64,000 bases of DNA from Octopus vulgaris (lineage: Eukaryota), in contig OX597832.1 of NCBI GenBank assembly GCA_951406725.2, positions 25,916,001 through 25,980,000 of the forward strand, written 5' to 3'. The position numbers and the translations under genes were made by a program. The notes below the pieces were generated by a model that worked only from the letters and a program-made list of their open reading frames with translations, made no database searches and was not told the origin of the DNA. Below are positions 28,820 to 42,339 of this stretch, piece after piece. Every line of letters starts with the position of its first letter. The stretch's first letter is position 1.

Positions 28820-29112
28820 ATTCCATGTTTGACTTTTGCTTTACATTTGTACAAGTTGGCTCCAAGTCTCACCCAGAGACCTCAAGAGACAACAGGCTGG
28901 AAGTTCGTGTTGGTGTTATGCCTAGGGTGCCATATATTTGGTTTTGTACTTAGTGTTGTACTAGTGAATGTCTTTAAAAAACCATACGAAAATTATGTTT
29001 GTTTTAAAACTTGAGATTACATAGAAAGTATTTTACGCAGGATATGAGCAGTTCCCATGAGCACTATCTTTTGAATTTCTGCCATTTTTGGGTTTCCTGG
29101 TATCTGAGTTAA
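28820..29112 (-). mobile_element. 3' end of a Dong/R4-like LINE inserted in a (TAA)n tract
   Basis: Intact frame 29112-29017 LTQIPGNPKMAEIQKIVLMGTAHILRKILSM*, a ~200-bp 3' UTR, then sense-strand (TAA)n. Dong elements are known to target TAA repeats. Confidence 0.88.
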
Positions 29113-29311
29113 GTTATTATCATTATTATTATTATTAAACCTTTCTATGCCCATGTCCCTTCTGTTTCAGTGTATACCGTGTATACATATTGTTTTTCTT
29201 TATATCATTTCATTTTATGTAAACCCTCTACACTTTATGTCTGTCTTTGTATTGTCTTCCTCATCATTCGCCCTTGTGGCAAATAAAGGAAATTATTATC
29301 ATCCTTATTAT

Positions 29312-29712
29312 TAAGATGACGGGCAGGCTAAATCGTTAGCAAGTCGGGCAAAATGCTTAGCGGTATTTCGTCTGCCGCTACGTTCTGAGTTCAAATTCCG
29401 CCGAGGTAGACTTTGCCTTTCATCCTTTAGGGGTCGATTAAATAAGTACCAGTTACGCACTGGGGTCGATATAATCGACTTAATCCGTTTGTCTGTCCTT
29501 GTTTTTCCTCTCTGTGTTTAGCCCCTTGTGGGTAGTAAAGAAATAGGTATTTTGTCAGTCTTTACGTTCTGAGTTCAAATTCCGCTGAGGCCGACTTTGC
29601 CTTTTATTCTTTCAGAGTCGATTAAATAAATACCGGTTACACACTGGGGTCAATGTAATTAACTAACACCCTTCCCCCAAATTTCAGGCCATACGCCTTC
29701 TATAGAAAGGAT
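29312..29712 (+). mobile_element. SINE family A dimer
   Basis: Junction ...GTAAAGAAAT-AGGTATTTTGTC at ~29545. Confidence 0.9.
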
Positions 29713-30212
29713 TATAAATCGTGCGAGCTGAACTCCTTTTTTTTCACTCGAAGGATTTTTTGTTTGAAATATTTTCCTCTGGAAGTTGTTAATCTTTTAT
29801 TTCGCTACAAAACGCTTGTTGAAACCACCGCCATTGCCTTGATTTGGTTTCTTTGTTTGTATCTGCACCTGTGGGAGCTCAATTTTGAAAAGAAAATTTT
29901 TGCTGGAAAAACATAATTTTATAAACAAATATGGCGTCGACCACGCAGCTAAAAGACATGGAAGAGGAAAGAAATGGTGGCTTTCATAGTGAGGTGTATG
30001 GCAAGTTAGAGCCCTCCACCTTCTACCCTCGAATGGATGAGGAGGTGAGCTCTTACCAAGTTCCAAGTGCAGTGGACCACGCTGTTACTATGACAATAAA
30101 CAACAGCAACAACAATAACAAAAACGACAACACAGCACAGGAATTTTATTCTTATTAAAGCTTAATTGCCAGAAATAAAGGAAACACTACCAAAGACATC
30201 AACAGCAGCAAC

Positions 30213-30519
30213 AGTGGAAGCGCAATGGCTCAGTGGTTAGGGCAGTGGACTCGCGGTCGTAAGAACGCGGTTTCGATTCACAGAGTGGGCCTTGTGAGTG
30301 TTTATTGAGCAAAAACACCTAAGCTCCACGAGGCTCTGGCGGAGAAGAGTGGTGAATCCTGCTGTACTCTTTCACCACAACATTCTCTCACTCTTTCTTC
30401 CTACTTCTGCCACAAAGTAGAGGAACCATGGTGTAATCCACTATAGTGTAGTAAAACTTTCAGACCCTAGTCTAGATTGCGAATCCTCTGTACCCCATGA
30501 TGTTTCAGCTCTCCACCCT
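30213..30519 (+). mobile_element. SINE family D (tRNA-like head)
   Basis: A-box TGGCTCAGTGG and B-box GGTTTCGATTC; body shared with 23215-23503. Confidence 0.85.
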
Positions 30520-30849
30520 TCTGCAGCGTGACAGATTGTTTACACTACGGAATCCGTCGTTAGTACTGAAATATGATAAATAAATGTTTAGCAACAACAA
30601 TGACAGTATACGTGCACATACGAAACGCTACCTTTTACAAAGATTCTTTCAAACAGACATTTTTTTTTCTGAAAGAACGAAAACTTAGCAACGTCTTGTA
30701 CCTCACAGAGGAACACGCGAAAAGGGCGGCAGCGTAACTTGCCTGCGCTTTTGCAAGGCTAGAAGTATTGTCCTTTATCCATCCAAGGAAGACCTCAAAA
30801 CAGTTCTGGCAAATATTTTATGTGAAATCGCCGTTATTGAGGGAAAGTG

Positions 30850-31560
30850 AGGGCATATATGACATCATATGTGAGTGTCAGCTTAAAACAGGAGACAGGA
30901 GTAAATCGAATGGGGCATGCCCACTCATAAGCTGATCCCACAGTATTCGAGAAATAGGAGCAACTGGATCAGTGTCGGAGGTCTTAGTGACGATGTCAGT
31001 CCAGTGGTCAGTAACCACCTCCTTTGTAAAGTAAGGAGAGATGGTCATTTCAGATGTTACTTTTGTTGATATATGGTTGGGTGTGATCATCATGGACATG
31101 CAAGTCATCACAACTCCACAAGATTACAAGACAATACCAGAAATGTGTTCTGTTGTTGGTACCGAGAGGAAAATGTTAAAACTCAGCAAGCAGGGTAAGT
31201 GACGTAGCTGCTATGCAAGTGGCAGCAAAAGTCAACTGAGGGTTTTTACACATGAAAACTAAAAAAATAGTGCAAAAATAACAAATCATGGAGAGCTCTG
31301 CTTCTAAAGCGACACCAGGACCAACTCGGATGACTGAAATAAAATTGCTCCATTCTCATTGCCAGCGAGCCAATCATAAGACACAAGAACAAGAACACCC
31401 CTGCCACAGCCATAACAGGCAAGAAACAAGAGAGTCACCCGGAGCAGTAGCAAACGATCAGGAAACAGCATCTTATGGCAATAGCACCTCATCCACTCAT
31501 TAGGAAGGGTCCAAAAGGAAGTCGACAGAGGTATGAAAACTTCTTTCAGAAAATGGAAAA
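30850..31560 (+). pseudogene. Decayed ORF1 (zinc-knuckle remnant) of a Tx1/L1-like LINE
   Basis: LIPQYSRNRSNWISVGGL, FVK*GEM, IPEM..GK*RSCYASGSKSQL, with stops and frameshifts. Confidence 0.45.
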
Positions 31561-31619
31561 ATACCAAAAGAAAAAAATAATTAAAAAAAAACTATTTATA
31601 AAAGAGTGAGTAGGATTAA

Positions 31620-31794
31620 TGTAGGTGTTGGAGTGGCTTTGTGGTATGTAGCTTGCTTACGAACGACATGGTATCGGGTTCAGTCACTCTGCGTGGCACC
31701 TTGGGCAAGTGTCTTCTACTATAGCCTCGGGCCGACCAAAGCCTTGTGAGTGGATTTGGTAGACGGAAACTGAAAGAAGCCTGTCGTATGTATG

Positions 31795-31848
<54 letters not shown>

Positions 31849-32100
31849 TGTCTGTGTCTGTGTGTGTGTGTGTGTTTATGTGTTTGTGTTTGTCCTCCCC
31901 TCCCCACATCGCTTGACAACCGATGCTGGTGTGTTTACGTCCCCGTAACTTAACGGTTCGGCAAAACAGTGCGATAGAATAAGTACTAGGTTTACAAAGA
32001 ATAAATCCTGGGGGTCGATTTGCTCGACTAAAAGGCGTTGCCCCAGCATGGCTACAGTCAAATGACTGAAACAAGTAAAAGAGTAAAAGAAGTAAAAAGA
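31620..32100 (+). mobile_element. SINE family B, near full length
   Basis: tRNA-like head, CORE-like ACCTTGGGCAAGT, internal microsatellite and tail ...GACTGAAACAAGTAAAAGAGTAAAAGA. Confidence 0.92.
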
Positions 32101-32872
32101 GTTACAATTTCTGCGAAGAAATCTGCCATGCTGGTTTTGTCGATTCGCCAGAAATAGAAAAGATTGAATTTGGCGCGTGTCGCGTAACATTACGTTAATT
32201 CGGCTTCCATTTCTGGCACGCTAAATTTGTGTTGACATATACCCGGCTTACACCCTGTATTTTAGAAAACATGATATTCAACTAATACGTAGAATGTCAG
32301 AATTATTGCCGAGAATATACATCTTAAAATCCCTACCATTTCCCTTGTTCTATCTCTAAATACAACTGAAGGTCACTTTGCAATACATCTTTCTGGCGGT
32401 TATTCAAGAAATACCAGTTATATCCTAGGGGAGGTTTCACTCAACAGTTGGGCTCCCTTACAGTCTTATGCCAACCTAACATATAAAATAAAATCAATAC
32501 ATGTATTCTAAAATTATGCATCCCTGTATGTGTGTGTGTGTCTAAATATATCCGTATATGCGAAAGTGTACACATGTATATAGATTTGAAGTATAAATAT
32601 AAAATATTGGCAGATTATCATATTCAATGATAATGGTCTATTTGGAGAGAGTTTAGGTTTTTAATTTTATAGTGAATTTCTTTTCTTTTTTCGGTTTTTT
32701 TTTTGTTTTTGGAGGGGGGGGGCATTTTTATTTTTTAGTTATATCTTTAAACGAAACTTCTAAGATACAAATATGTCGGTACTTGTATATTTGGGTATGC
32801 GTGTGCATGTGTATGTGTATGCGTGTGTGTGTGTGTGTGTGTGTATGTGTGTTTGTGTGTGTGTGTGTGTGC

Positions 32873-32920
<48 letters not shown>

Positions 32921-33187
32921 AATGGTGGCGGTGTGCATTGTATATATAACAGTGCTAAAAATATTAGAACTCGATAAATAAATATAAAAATAAAGAAATG
33001 ATTATAGTAGGAGTAAGATTTAATTCGGGTAAGGAAAAGTTGATATATATATATATGCATATATACATATATATGCACATGTATATGTATATATATATAT
33101 ATGCATATATATATAAATATAAATATATATATATATAGAGAGAGAGAGATATAGATAGATAGATACATACATACATACATACATACA

Positions 33188-33223
<36 letters not shown>

Positions 33224-33851
33224 TGTGTGTGTGTGTGTGTGTGTATGTGTGTGTGTGTGTATGTGTGTGTGTGTGTGAGTATGTGTGTGCGTGTGTGTGT
33301 GCGCGTCTGTGTGTGTGCGTCTGTGTGTGTGTGGTACTGAATTTGGAAACAGAAATTTATAAGTTATTACAGAATTCCTTCTTCCTATTTTATTTTATTT
33401 TAATCTTTAAACAACGGCTATTAACCTGTTCTTGATATTCAGGACATGTTTCCCTGGCGTCCACACCACGTGTGTGATACTCGTACCCGGTTTCTTTCGA
33501 CCACCTGAGCAATATGGAACTTAGGAAAGGAAAGCTTTCATATTACTCAGAATGTACGAAACAGGCGCTGACTATAAATCTGAAAACTAGCTTGGACATA
33601 TACGAGCATTAAAGGTTTATAGGTACGTGGTACTTCGTTATACAAACACAAAATATACTACGAGATATACTAAATGTTTTTATAAGCCTCGATACGAAAC
33701 GTTGTAGCAAAAATTTGGTTATAGTTTCTGTAGAACGTCTGTAGAGACAGTCTTAGAAAATAATGTAACAAGCACTGCTTACGCAGTAGGGCGTGGTACT
33801 GACTTATAAAAACATTTAGTATTCTTGATAATATATTGTGTTTACTTAAGG

Positions 33852-34091
33852 AAATACCTATTTCTTTATTACCCACAAGGGGCTAAACACAGAGGGGACA
33901 AACAAGGACAGACATAGGTATTAAGTCGATTACATCGACCCCAGTGCGTAACTGGTACTTAATTTATCGACCCCGAAAGGATGAAAGGCAAAGTCGACCT
34001 CGGCGGAATTTGAACTCACAACGTAACGGCAGACGAAATACCGCTAAGCATTTCGCCCGGCGTGCTAACGTTTCTGCCAGCTCGCCACCTA
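33852..34091 (-). mobile_element. SINE family A monomer (tail type A), young
   Basis: Near-identical to the copies at 49228-49463 and 59934-60168. Confidence 0.92.
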
Positions 34092-34674
34092 CAATACCAC
34101 GTACCTACAAACCTTTAATGCTTGCATATCAGTTCCAGGAATGCGTCTAATATGTAAATTGATGTATCCAATAATTTAACACCGCTGTATGCGGTGGCTA
34201 TATAAGTAATGTACTCGGAGGGCAAAAACGGGTTAGATGAATGCTGAAAAGGGGATAAGAACCCCCGAAATATGCCATATGCGGTCATTAAGCACATTTC
34301 CTTCAGATCTCATTGTTTGTTTGCATCTGGTGTCTCAATACGAAACGTGGTAGCAAGATTCAGTGCTGGATATAGGTTCTTTAGAATATCTGTAGAAATA
34401 ACTTGTGAAAATTCTTAACACAGGCAAATAATCAATGAGAAACTCTGTAAGACATTACGCTTCTCACCAAAAGATTTTGGAAAATATAGCCGACGTATGT
34501 AGGAAAAGTTGTTCTATTTTAAAGAGCAGATCCACTTCGTTAACATCATTTTAGATATTTTGAACACATCTAGAGGGAGTTTTGTCAACTAATTGCAATT
34601 TTCTTAATTACATACAAAAGATCCTACAGCTGTTCAAACTGACATTAAAATTTATAGATGTGAACAGTGTCCGG

Positions 34675-35100
34675 ACATGGTTCCGGGTTCAGACCCACTG
34701 CGTAGAACCTTGAGCAAGTGTCTTCTACTATAAACTCGGGTCGACCAAAGCCTTGTCAGTGGATTTAAGAGACGGAAACTGAAGAAAGTTCGTCGTGTGT
34801 ATATGCATGTATATGTATATATGTATAATATGTATGTATGTGTATCTGTGTCTGTCTGTCTGTCTGTATGTATGTATGTATGTATGTATGTGTGTCTGTG
34901 TCTGTCTGTGTTTGACCCCTCTCCCACCATCACTTGACAACTGATGTTGGTGTGTTTACGTCCTCGTAATTTAGCGGTTCGGCAAAAGAGCGCCGACAAT
35001 ATAAGTACTAAGTTTTACAAAAACTATGTCGATTTGTTCGACTAAAGGCAGAGCTCCAGCATGGCCGCACTCAAATGACTGAAACAAATAAAACAATAAA
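34675..35100 (+). mobile_element. SINE family B
   Basis: Same layout as 31620-32100. Confidence 0.88.
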
Positions 35101-35164
35101 AGAATACACACACGCATTCATATATATATACATACATACCTACATACATACATACATACATACA

Positions 35165-35197
<33 letters not shown>

Positions 35198-35896
35198 GCA
35201 TGCATACATACATACATATATGCATGCATACATACATACATACATACATACATACATACATACATACATACATACATACATACATACATACATACATACG
35301 TACATACACATACATATGGCTATGCATACATACATGTATGCCTAAATATCTTCCCATCTATCCAGCTATTTAGGAAGTAGTTAAGAAAGGAACATTATTC
35401 ATACACCCACAGAGATTTGTGTATCAACCTGTCTGTTTGTGTATGTGTATATATCTGTGCACATTTATATATTTCTGCATGTATGAGTGTGTACACGTGT
35501 GTGTGTCTGTGTGCATGTACGTATGTGTGTGCGCACGCGTATGTGGATATTGTTGTGTTCACAACTTCCTCCTAAAAAGGCAACTACTCCCCAAAACAAT
35601 TTGACGTCACCGGAGGTGTTCTTTTCTTTTGTAAAATACATCGCCATCTTCATAACACTCTTAGCACACAAGAATAGTATTTATGTCTGCAGAATTGGCA
35701 AATACTAAAAATATACGCATTACTTCAGGATATGGTAAATGAATCTGTAATGTTTCTACATTTCCTGAGAACATTGGCTTCGAAAATTAAATAGTTTTGC
35801 CTGATTCAGAAATCGAAAGCGGGTCGCTGTTTTGGCGCGCTGTAAATATACATTACCCCTGACTATAACTACAACAAATAATAATAATAATAATAA

Positions 35897-35960
<64 letters not shown>

Positions 35961-36050
35961 AAGAAGAAGAAGAAGAAGAAGAAGAAGAAGAAGAAGAAGA
36001 AGAAGAAGACTGCTAAAGTCATATGTTCTTTCCAGCAATATTCGGCTAAG

Positions 36051-36166
36051 TAATTACACGTCTCTGACGATTTGGCATCAAGTGAAGATTACGTAATTTG
36101 TAATTTTGCATTATTTGACCAATAATCATCTTATGTTAATGAAACGTACGTAAGATGGTGTAATTA
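36051..36166 (+). ncRNA. Type I hammerhead ribozyme, intact core
   Basis: Stem I TAATTACACGTCT/AGATGGTGTAATTA; CTGACGA 36064-36070; stem II TTGGCAT.AAG/CTTATGTTAA; GAAA 36141-36144; palindromic stem III ACGTACGT; GUA site 36150-36152. Confidence 0.85.
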
Positions 36167-36319
36167 AACATCTTATCCGCAACCTTTCTCGGAATTCTGT
36201 GGAACACTCAAACTTCGGATTTAATAACAAAGGATACAATTACTATACATGAACGGAAATTCACATGGATGTTATAATACTGGTTATTTAAGGTTTAAAT
36301 TGCATTATACGAGCATATA

Positions 36320-36361
<42 letters not shown>

Positions 36362-36380
36362 TATATATAGATATATATAT

Positions 36381-36435
36381 ATACATACATATGTAAGAAC
36401 GTACTTACATGCAACATGCGCACACATACATAATG

Positions 36436-36485
<50 letters not shown>

Positions 36486-36506
36486 GTATATATATGTATT
36501 TATATA

Positions 36507-36560
<54 letters not shown>

Positions 36561-36610
36561 TATGTATGTATATATATATATTTGTATGTATTTATATATA
36601 TATATGTATA

Positions 36611-36676
<66 letters not shown>

Positions 36677-36720
36677 ACACATATATATATATACATACTA
36701 ATATATATATATATACATAC

Positions 36721-36767
<47 letters not shown>

Positions 36768-36790
36768 CATATATATAAATACATATATAT

Positions 36791-36836
<46 letters not shown>

Positions 36837-36892
36837 ACATTATGTATGTGTGCGCATGTTGCATGTAAGTACGTTCTTACATATGTATGTAT
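36381..36892. repeat. Inverted duplication around an interrupted (TA)n tract
   Basis: A ~58-bp arm (ATACATACATATGTAAGAACGTACTTACATGCAACATGCGCACACATACATAATGTTA) has its exact reverse complement at ~36835-36892. Confidence 0.92.
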
Positions 36893-37544
36893 GTGAGTGT
36901 GTCTGTATCTATGTGTGTGCATGTGTGCATATATGTGTATGTATGTATTTGTGTGTATGTGTGTATTTATGCATTACGTACGTACGTATGTGTTTGTATT
37001 TGTGTGTTTCTGTGTATGTGTGTGGCGGGTGGCAAATTGAGCAGAAATGGTGCTAGAAAGAGGTGGGATAGATTTGTAATAGAAGTGGTTTTTAAATGAA
37101 TGAATGGATGGATGGATGGATGGATGGATAGGAATATATGTGTGTATACGTATATATGTACGTTCGTGTATGCAGGATGTGTACGTATGAGTATGTATAT
37201 GCATATACATATATATGTGTGTATACACGCACACAAACACACACAGCTATGTGCACGCACCTATATTTATATGGCTATATGCGTATGGATGTATGCTTGC
37301 ATGTAGTTACTGACAGACAGATAGATAGATAGACACAGAGAGAGAGAGATATGTGTATGTGTGTGTGCATACATACACACGCACATACATACATACATAC
37401 ATACATACATACATACATACATACATACATACATACATACATACATACATACATACATACATACATACATACATACGTACACACATACTTTCGTATATGG
37501 ATATTTCGATGTACAATAATCCTAGAAAGGATTATTGAACCACA

Positions 37545-37605
37545 GATAACTGAAGAGATGGCAGCGTGGATCCCCACCTCGGCATCCGAAACTCGGAGTT
37601 CTATC
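37545..37605 (+). ncRNA. Hammerhead-like fold, partly degenerate
   Basis: GATAA-CTGAAGA(37550-37556)-GATG..GTGG/CCAC..CATC-C-GAAA(37588-37591)-CTCGGAGT-T-CTATC. Confidence 0.55.
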
Positions 37606-37729
37606 ATGGCTACCGAATAATTGTCACATATTACATTTACAGATAAATTCCTCTACTTACATAATATCGAGGTCTCTTTCTTTTGTTAGCTTACCGTTTT
37701 TATCAATACATATCTATATATATATACAT

Positions 37730-37883
37730 AGTGGCTGTGTGGTAAGTTGCTTGCTTACCAACCACACAGTTCCGGGTTCAGTCCCACTGCGTGGCACCTT
37801 GGGCAAGTGTCTTCTACTATAGCCTCGGGCCGACCAAAGCCTTGTGAGTGGATTTGGTAGACGGAAACTGAAAGAAGCCCGTC

Positions 37884-37941
<58 letters not shown>

Positions 37942-38150
37942 TTGTGTGTCTGTGTTTGTCCCCCTAGCATCGCTTGACAACCGATGCTGGTGTGTTTACG
38001 TCCCCGTTACTTAGCGGTTCGGCAAAAGAGACCGATAGGATAAGTACTAGGCTTACAAAGAATAAGTCCTGGGGTCGATTTGCTCAACTAAAAAAGGCGG
38101 TGCTCCAGCATGGCCGCAGTCAAATGTCTGAAACAAGTAAAAGAGAAAGA
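37730..38150 (+). mobile_element. SINE family B
   Basis: Same layout as 31620-32100. Confidence 0.92.
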
Positions 38151-38159
38151 GAGAAAGAG

Positions 38160-38197
<38 letters not shown>

Positions 38198-38467
38198 TTA
38201 GACGCACACATGCACATACACACACACAAATCACACGCACCTTGCAATAAGCGGTCAATGCACGCTCGCACACACGAACACAGGTGCGCACGCACACATA
38301 CACTTCGACGTTCATCACACACATAAGCTTAACACAACACCATCACACACGCATCGTCGTACACAACACACACCCACACACTACGTTCACATACACGAAA
38401 AACACATACAGACGACGCGTGTGAACACACACACACACGCGCGCGCGGACGCAAAAGTAACATATGC

Positions 38468-38530
38468 ACATCACCATCATCATCATCATCATCGTCATCA
38501 TCATCATCTTCATCATCATTATCGTCATCG

Positions 38531-38568
<38 letters not shown>

Positions 38569-38695
38569 GTCATCATCATCATCATCATCATCATAATCAT
38601 CGTCATCATCACCATCATCATCATCATCATCGTCATCATCATCATCTTCATCATCATTATCGTCATCGTCATCACCATCATCGTCACCACCACCC
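38468..38695. repeat. (CAT)n repeat with an internal ~117-bp duplication
   Basis: The interrupted block ...CATCTTCATCATCATTATCGTCATCGTC occurs twice. Confidence 0.85.
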
Positions 38696-39370
38696 TCGCC
38701 ACCCACACACCAACCAAATTCTTACCTTCTGTGGATTCAATAATTCACGAGAGAAAAGGAATTTCGCTTCTTTGTCAAGCTGTTATTGCATCACACACAC
38801 ACACACACACACATACACACACGCATACACAGACACACACACACACACACACACAGGAACACACTAATGCATACACACACGAAATTGCAAAAACACACTC
38901 AAACACACACAAAAATACACACACATGCACACATACTTGCACGTGTATGTGCATAAAGAGAGAAATAGGTATACACACATACCGCCGTACACACACATTC
39001 ACACACACACGCACACACACTAAGAGAAAACACTCATACACACGCCTGTACACCGCCGTACACACACATACTTATACACGCACATACACACTGCCATACA
39101 CACACCACCATACATACACATGCACATATAAAATGTACATAAACTCAATGACACACCGCTGTACACACACACAGACACACACACACAGAGGAATACACCG
39201 ACACACAGATACACACAGACAGACGCACACACACACACACACACATACACTCGGGTGCAGCTGCAAATCGACGTGTGCAGCCATGCTGGCAACTCACAGC
39301 TCCCAATGATAACATAACTAGAAAGAGAGGTGAAAAGAAAAGGAACATACCATACTGGTCTCTCTCTCTT

Positions 39371-39403
<33 letters not shown>

Positions 39404-39468
39404 TTCTAGTTATCTAATATATATGTATATATATGTGTGTGAGTGTGTGTGCGTGTATGTATATATGC

Positions 39469-39504
<36 letters not shown>

Positions 39505-39635
39505 GTATATGTGTATATATATATGTATGTATATGTATACATATATATGTATGTATATATATATATATATATATGTATATATGTGTATGTATATGTACAT
39601 GTATATATATATGTATGGAAATATGTATATGTGCA

Positions 39636-39688
<53 letters not shown>

Positions 39689-39998
39689 GCATGCACACAC
39701 ATACACACACATACGCACATATATGTATAGGAGTAAATGCAATGACAAGCAAGTTAGACAAGTCGATATACAAAAAATATTAAATACATTTAATATAAAA
39801 AAATACATACATAAATATATATATATATGTATATACATATACATACATACACACACTCATGTATTGAGTTCTCTCTTTCCTATTTGCATCACCAAACCTA
39901 TAAATCTCTCCATTCATCTCTCGCTTACCTTAATACTTCTCCTCCCCTTTAACTTACTCTTTCTCTATCTTCTACTTATTATTCCTTCCTTTTCAGTG

Positions 39999-40045
<47 letters not shown>

Positions 40046-40133
40046 CTCCTTTTATTGCTTCTCTCTTTGGATTTTCCTCTCTTTCTCTCTCTGTCTTTCC
40101 TTCATTCTTTTTCCTTCTGTCTCATGCATTTTA

Positions 40134-40174
<41 letters not shown>

Positions 40175-40573
40175 CCTCTGTCTCTATCTGCATGTCTCTC
40201 TCTTCTCTTCATTTATCTTATATTTATTGTGTGTGTGTGTGTGTGTGTGTGTGCTCCCTCCATATTCTTCCCGTCCACTTCTCCATCACCCTCTTCAACT
40301 CTCCTTGTCTCTATCACTATCACTCTTACTTACACTCATACATACTCACCCTCACTTTATCTATCTATCTATCTATCTATTTATCTCTTCCTTTCACTCT
40401 CTACTATTCTCGCTGTTCAACCCCCTCCACACACACTTTCTATCCTTTTATCCTCCCCCTCATCCTCTGCGTCACAAATAAGGCGGGAACTGCTTTTCAC
40501 TCTTCCTAGATTTTTTTTATTGTTCCGCCCCCATCAAAATAACATTTCACCTCGTGTTGTGTGCATGTACATG

Positions 40574-40630
<57 letters not shown>

Positions 40631-41686
40631 ATATTACTAGCATTCGCACAACTTGAGAATCTAACCAGATTTGCTTTTGCTTATTTACTTTAGCGACCCC
40701 TTAGAGAAAAAAAAATGGTCACGTTGAGTTGGATGGAATTTGAACTCAGAACGTTAAGAGAAGGAACTAAATGTTTTACCTACTGTTCAATCTGACGGTA
40801 TATGCGGTGGGATGGACTTTCTAGAAATAAGTTTTTAAGCACGCCACCACTACCATCATCATCATCATCATCATCATCATCACTAACACCGCCATCAGCA
40901 GCAGCATCATCATCATCATAATCATCGTCATCATCATGATGAACATCAATCACCATTGTCATGATAATGATGATGATGATGATCATCAGCATTGTCATCG
41001 TCATCACCATCGTCATCGTCATCACCATCATCATCATCATCTATATAAATAGTATGCAGTCACAATAATGTTTTTGTCAACCAACTCTTACATCATACGC
41101 ACACACGGACTATGAGTGTGGCTAAAAGCTTGACCGAAACGGTTCGAGGTTCAATCAGCTCTCAATACCCTTGGGTGAAGTGCCTTATCCCATGGCACTG
41201 GTTCGACGAAACCATTGTAAATGAAATTTAATTGACGAAAACTGTGTTGGGGCCTGTCAAGGGAATCGTTTGGGGGCGGTTGACGGGGGAGGCAGACCTA
41301 ATCCGTCGCCCACATGACCTTTGAGTGTCTTTATTGGAATGCAATCTGCTTAGTCTTTCGAGGTACGTGAGAAAACCTTTGTATCACCTTTGCGTAGCAG
41401 ACCCGGAAAGCTTGTTGTTGTTGGGGGGGTCATCGCGCTGCCCTTTCTACCCTAATTGAATCGATCTATATATATATATATATATAAATAACATACAATT
41501 AATGTCACTCATTACTATATTGATTGTCTCAGTCTGCTCGGCTGTAAACAAGTACCAACCGAGTTCTGATATATAACTCTCTCCTTTCAGCTCCCGCTTC
41601 TAGGATATTTCGTCACTTCAAGAGTAGAAGATCCGAGAGCGATTTGAAAAGTGTGGTACAATATATTAAGTAGCGTGTATGTGTGT

Positions 41687-41741
<55 letters not shown>

Positions 41742-42339
41742 TGTGTCCAGCTTTACACACACCTTATTTGGTTTGTGGGAAAATGTGGAACCGGTAGGGG
41801 AGCAAGTAGTCTGTTTGGGTATGGTTGAGAGTATTAATGTGTGTGTGTGGTACTGAGGTTGGAAACAAATTTATCGGTTACTCTGTTCACATATCAAAAC
41901 AAGGCCTCCAACCTTTTAAAAACAGCATTCATGAGAAATATATGCTATAAACACACTATTTATAGGAAAAAAGTAGAAATCATGATAATGAAAAGGATTT
42001 AAAGGATAAAGAGAAAAGGTAAAAGATCGAATCTGATTCCTCAGAACTTTAAAGCGTAATATTACGGTAACATTGCAGTTCCAAAATTCAAAAATATATT
42101 TAAAAAACAGAAGTAAAGAAATTTCCTAGTCAGGGATTTTTAACAGATGAAGATCGTCAAAAGTGTGGCAGCTCTACCTTCAAAAGCAGATGTACACATC
42201 ATGTCTATACTTTCAGAAACCCAGAAAGAAGAAACGCTATCTTTCTTTCGCGATACGTTTAGCGAATAAAAGACGAGGGCATTACACATTTTAAGTTATT
42301 GTGGTCAGTGATATAATTTGCCGAAACATATTCTGTACG

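Noticed and set aside
30213-30290. tRNA-like sequence
   Set aside because: It is a SINE head continuing into a repeat body, with no proper acceptor stem.
30878-31111. Minus-strand 77-aa ORF as a host exon
   Set aside because: It is antisense to a decayed LINE ORF1-like region and has no recognisable domain.
33944-34150. Repeated ORF MRNWYLIYRPRKDERQSRPRR (also at 49317 and 59522)
   Set aside because: Antisense reading of SINE family A, not a gene family.
33685-34426. Diverged ~90-bp direct repeat (33685-33775, 34333-34426) starting CTC.ATACGAAACGT.GTAGCAA
   Set aside because: The repeat is real but old. No stem II or intact core supports a ribozyme, and no element identity is evident.
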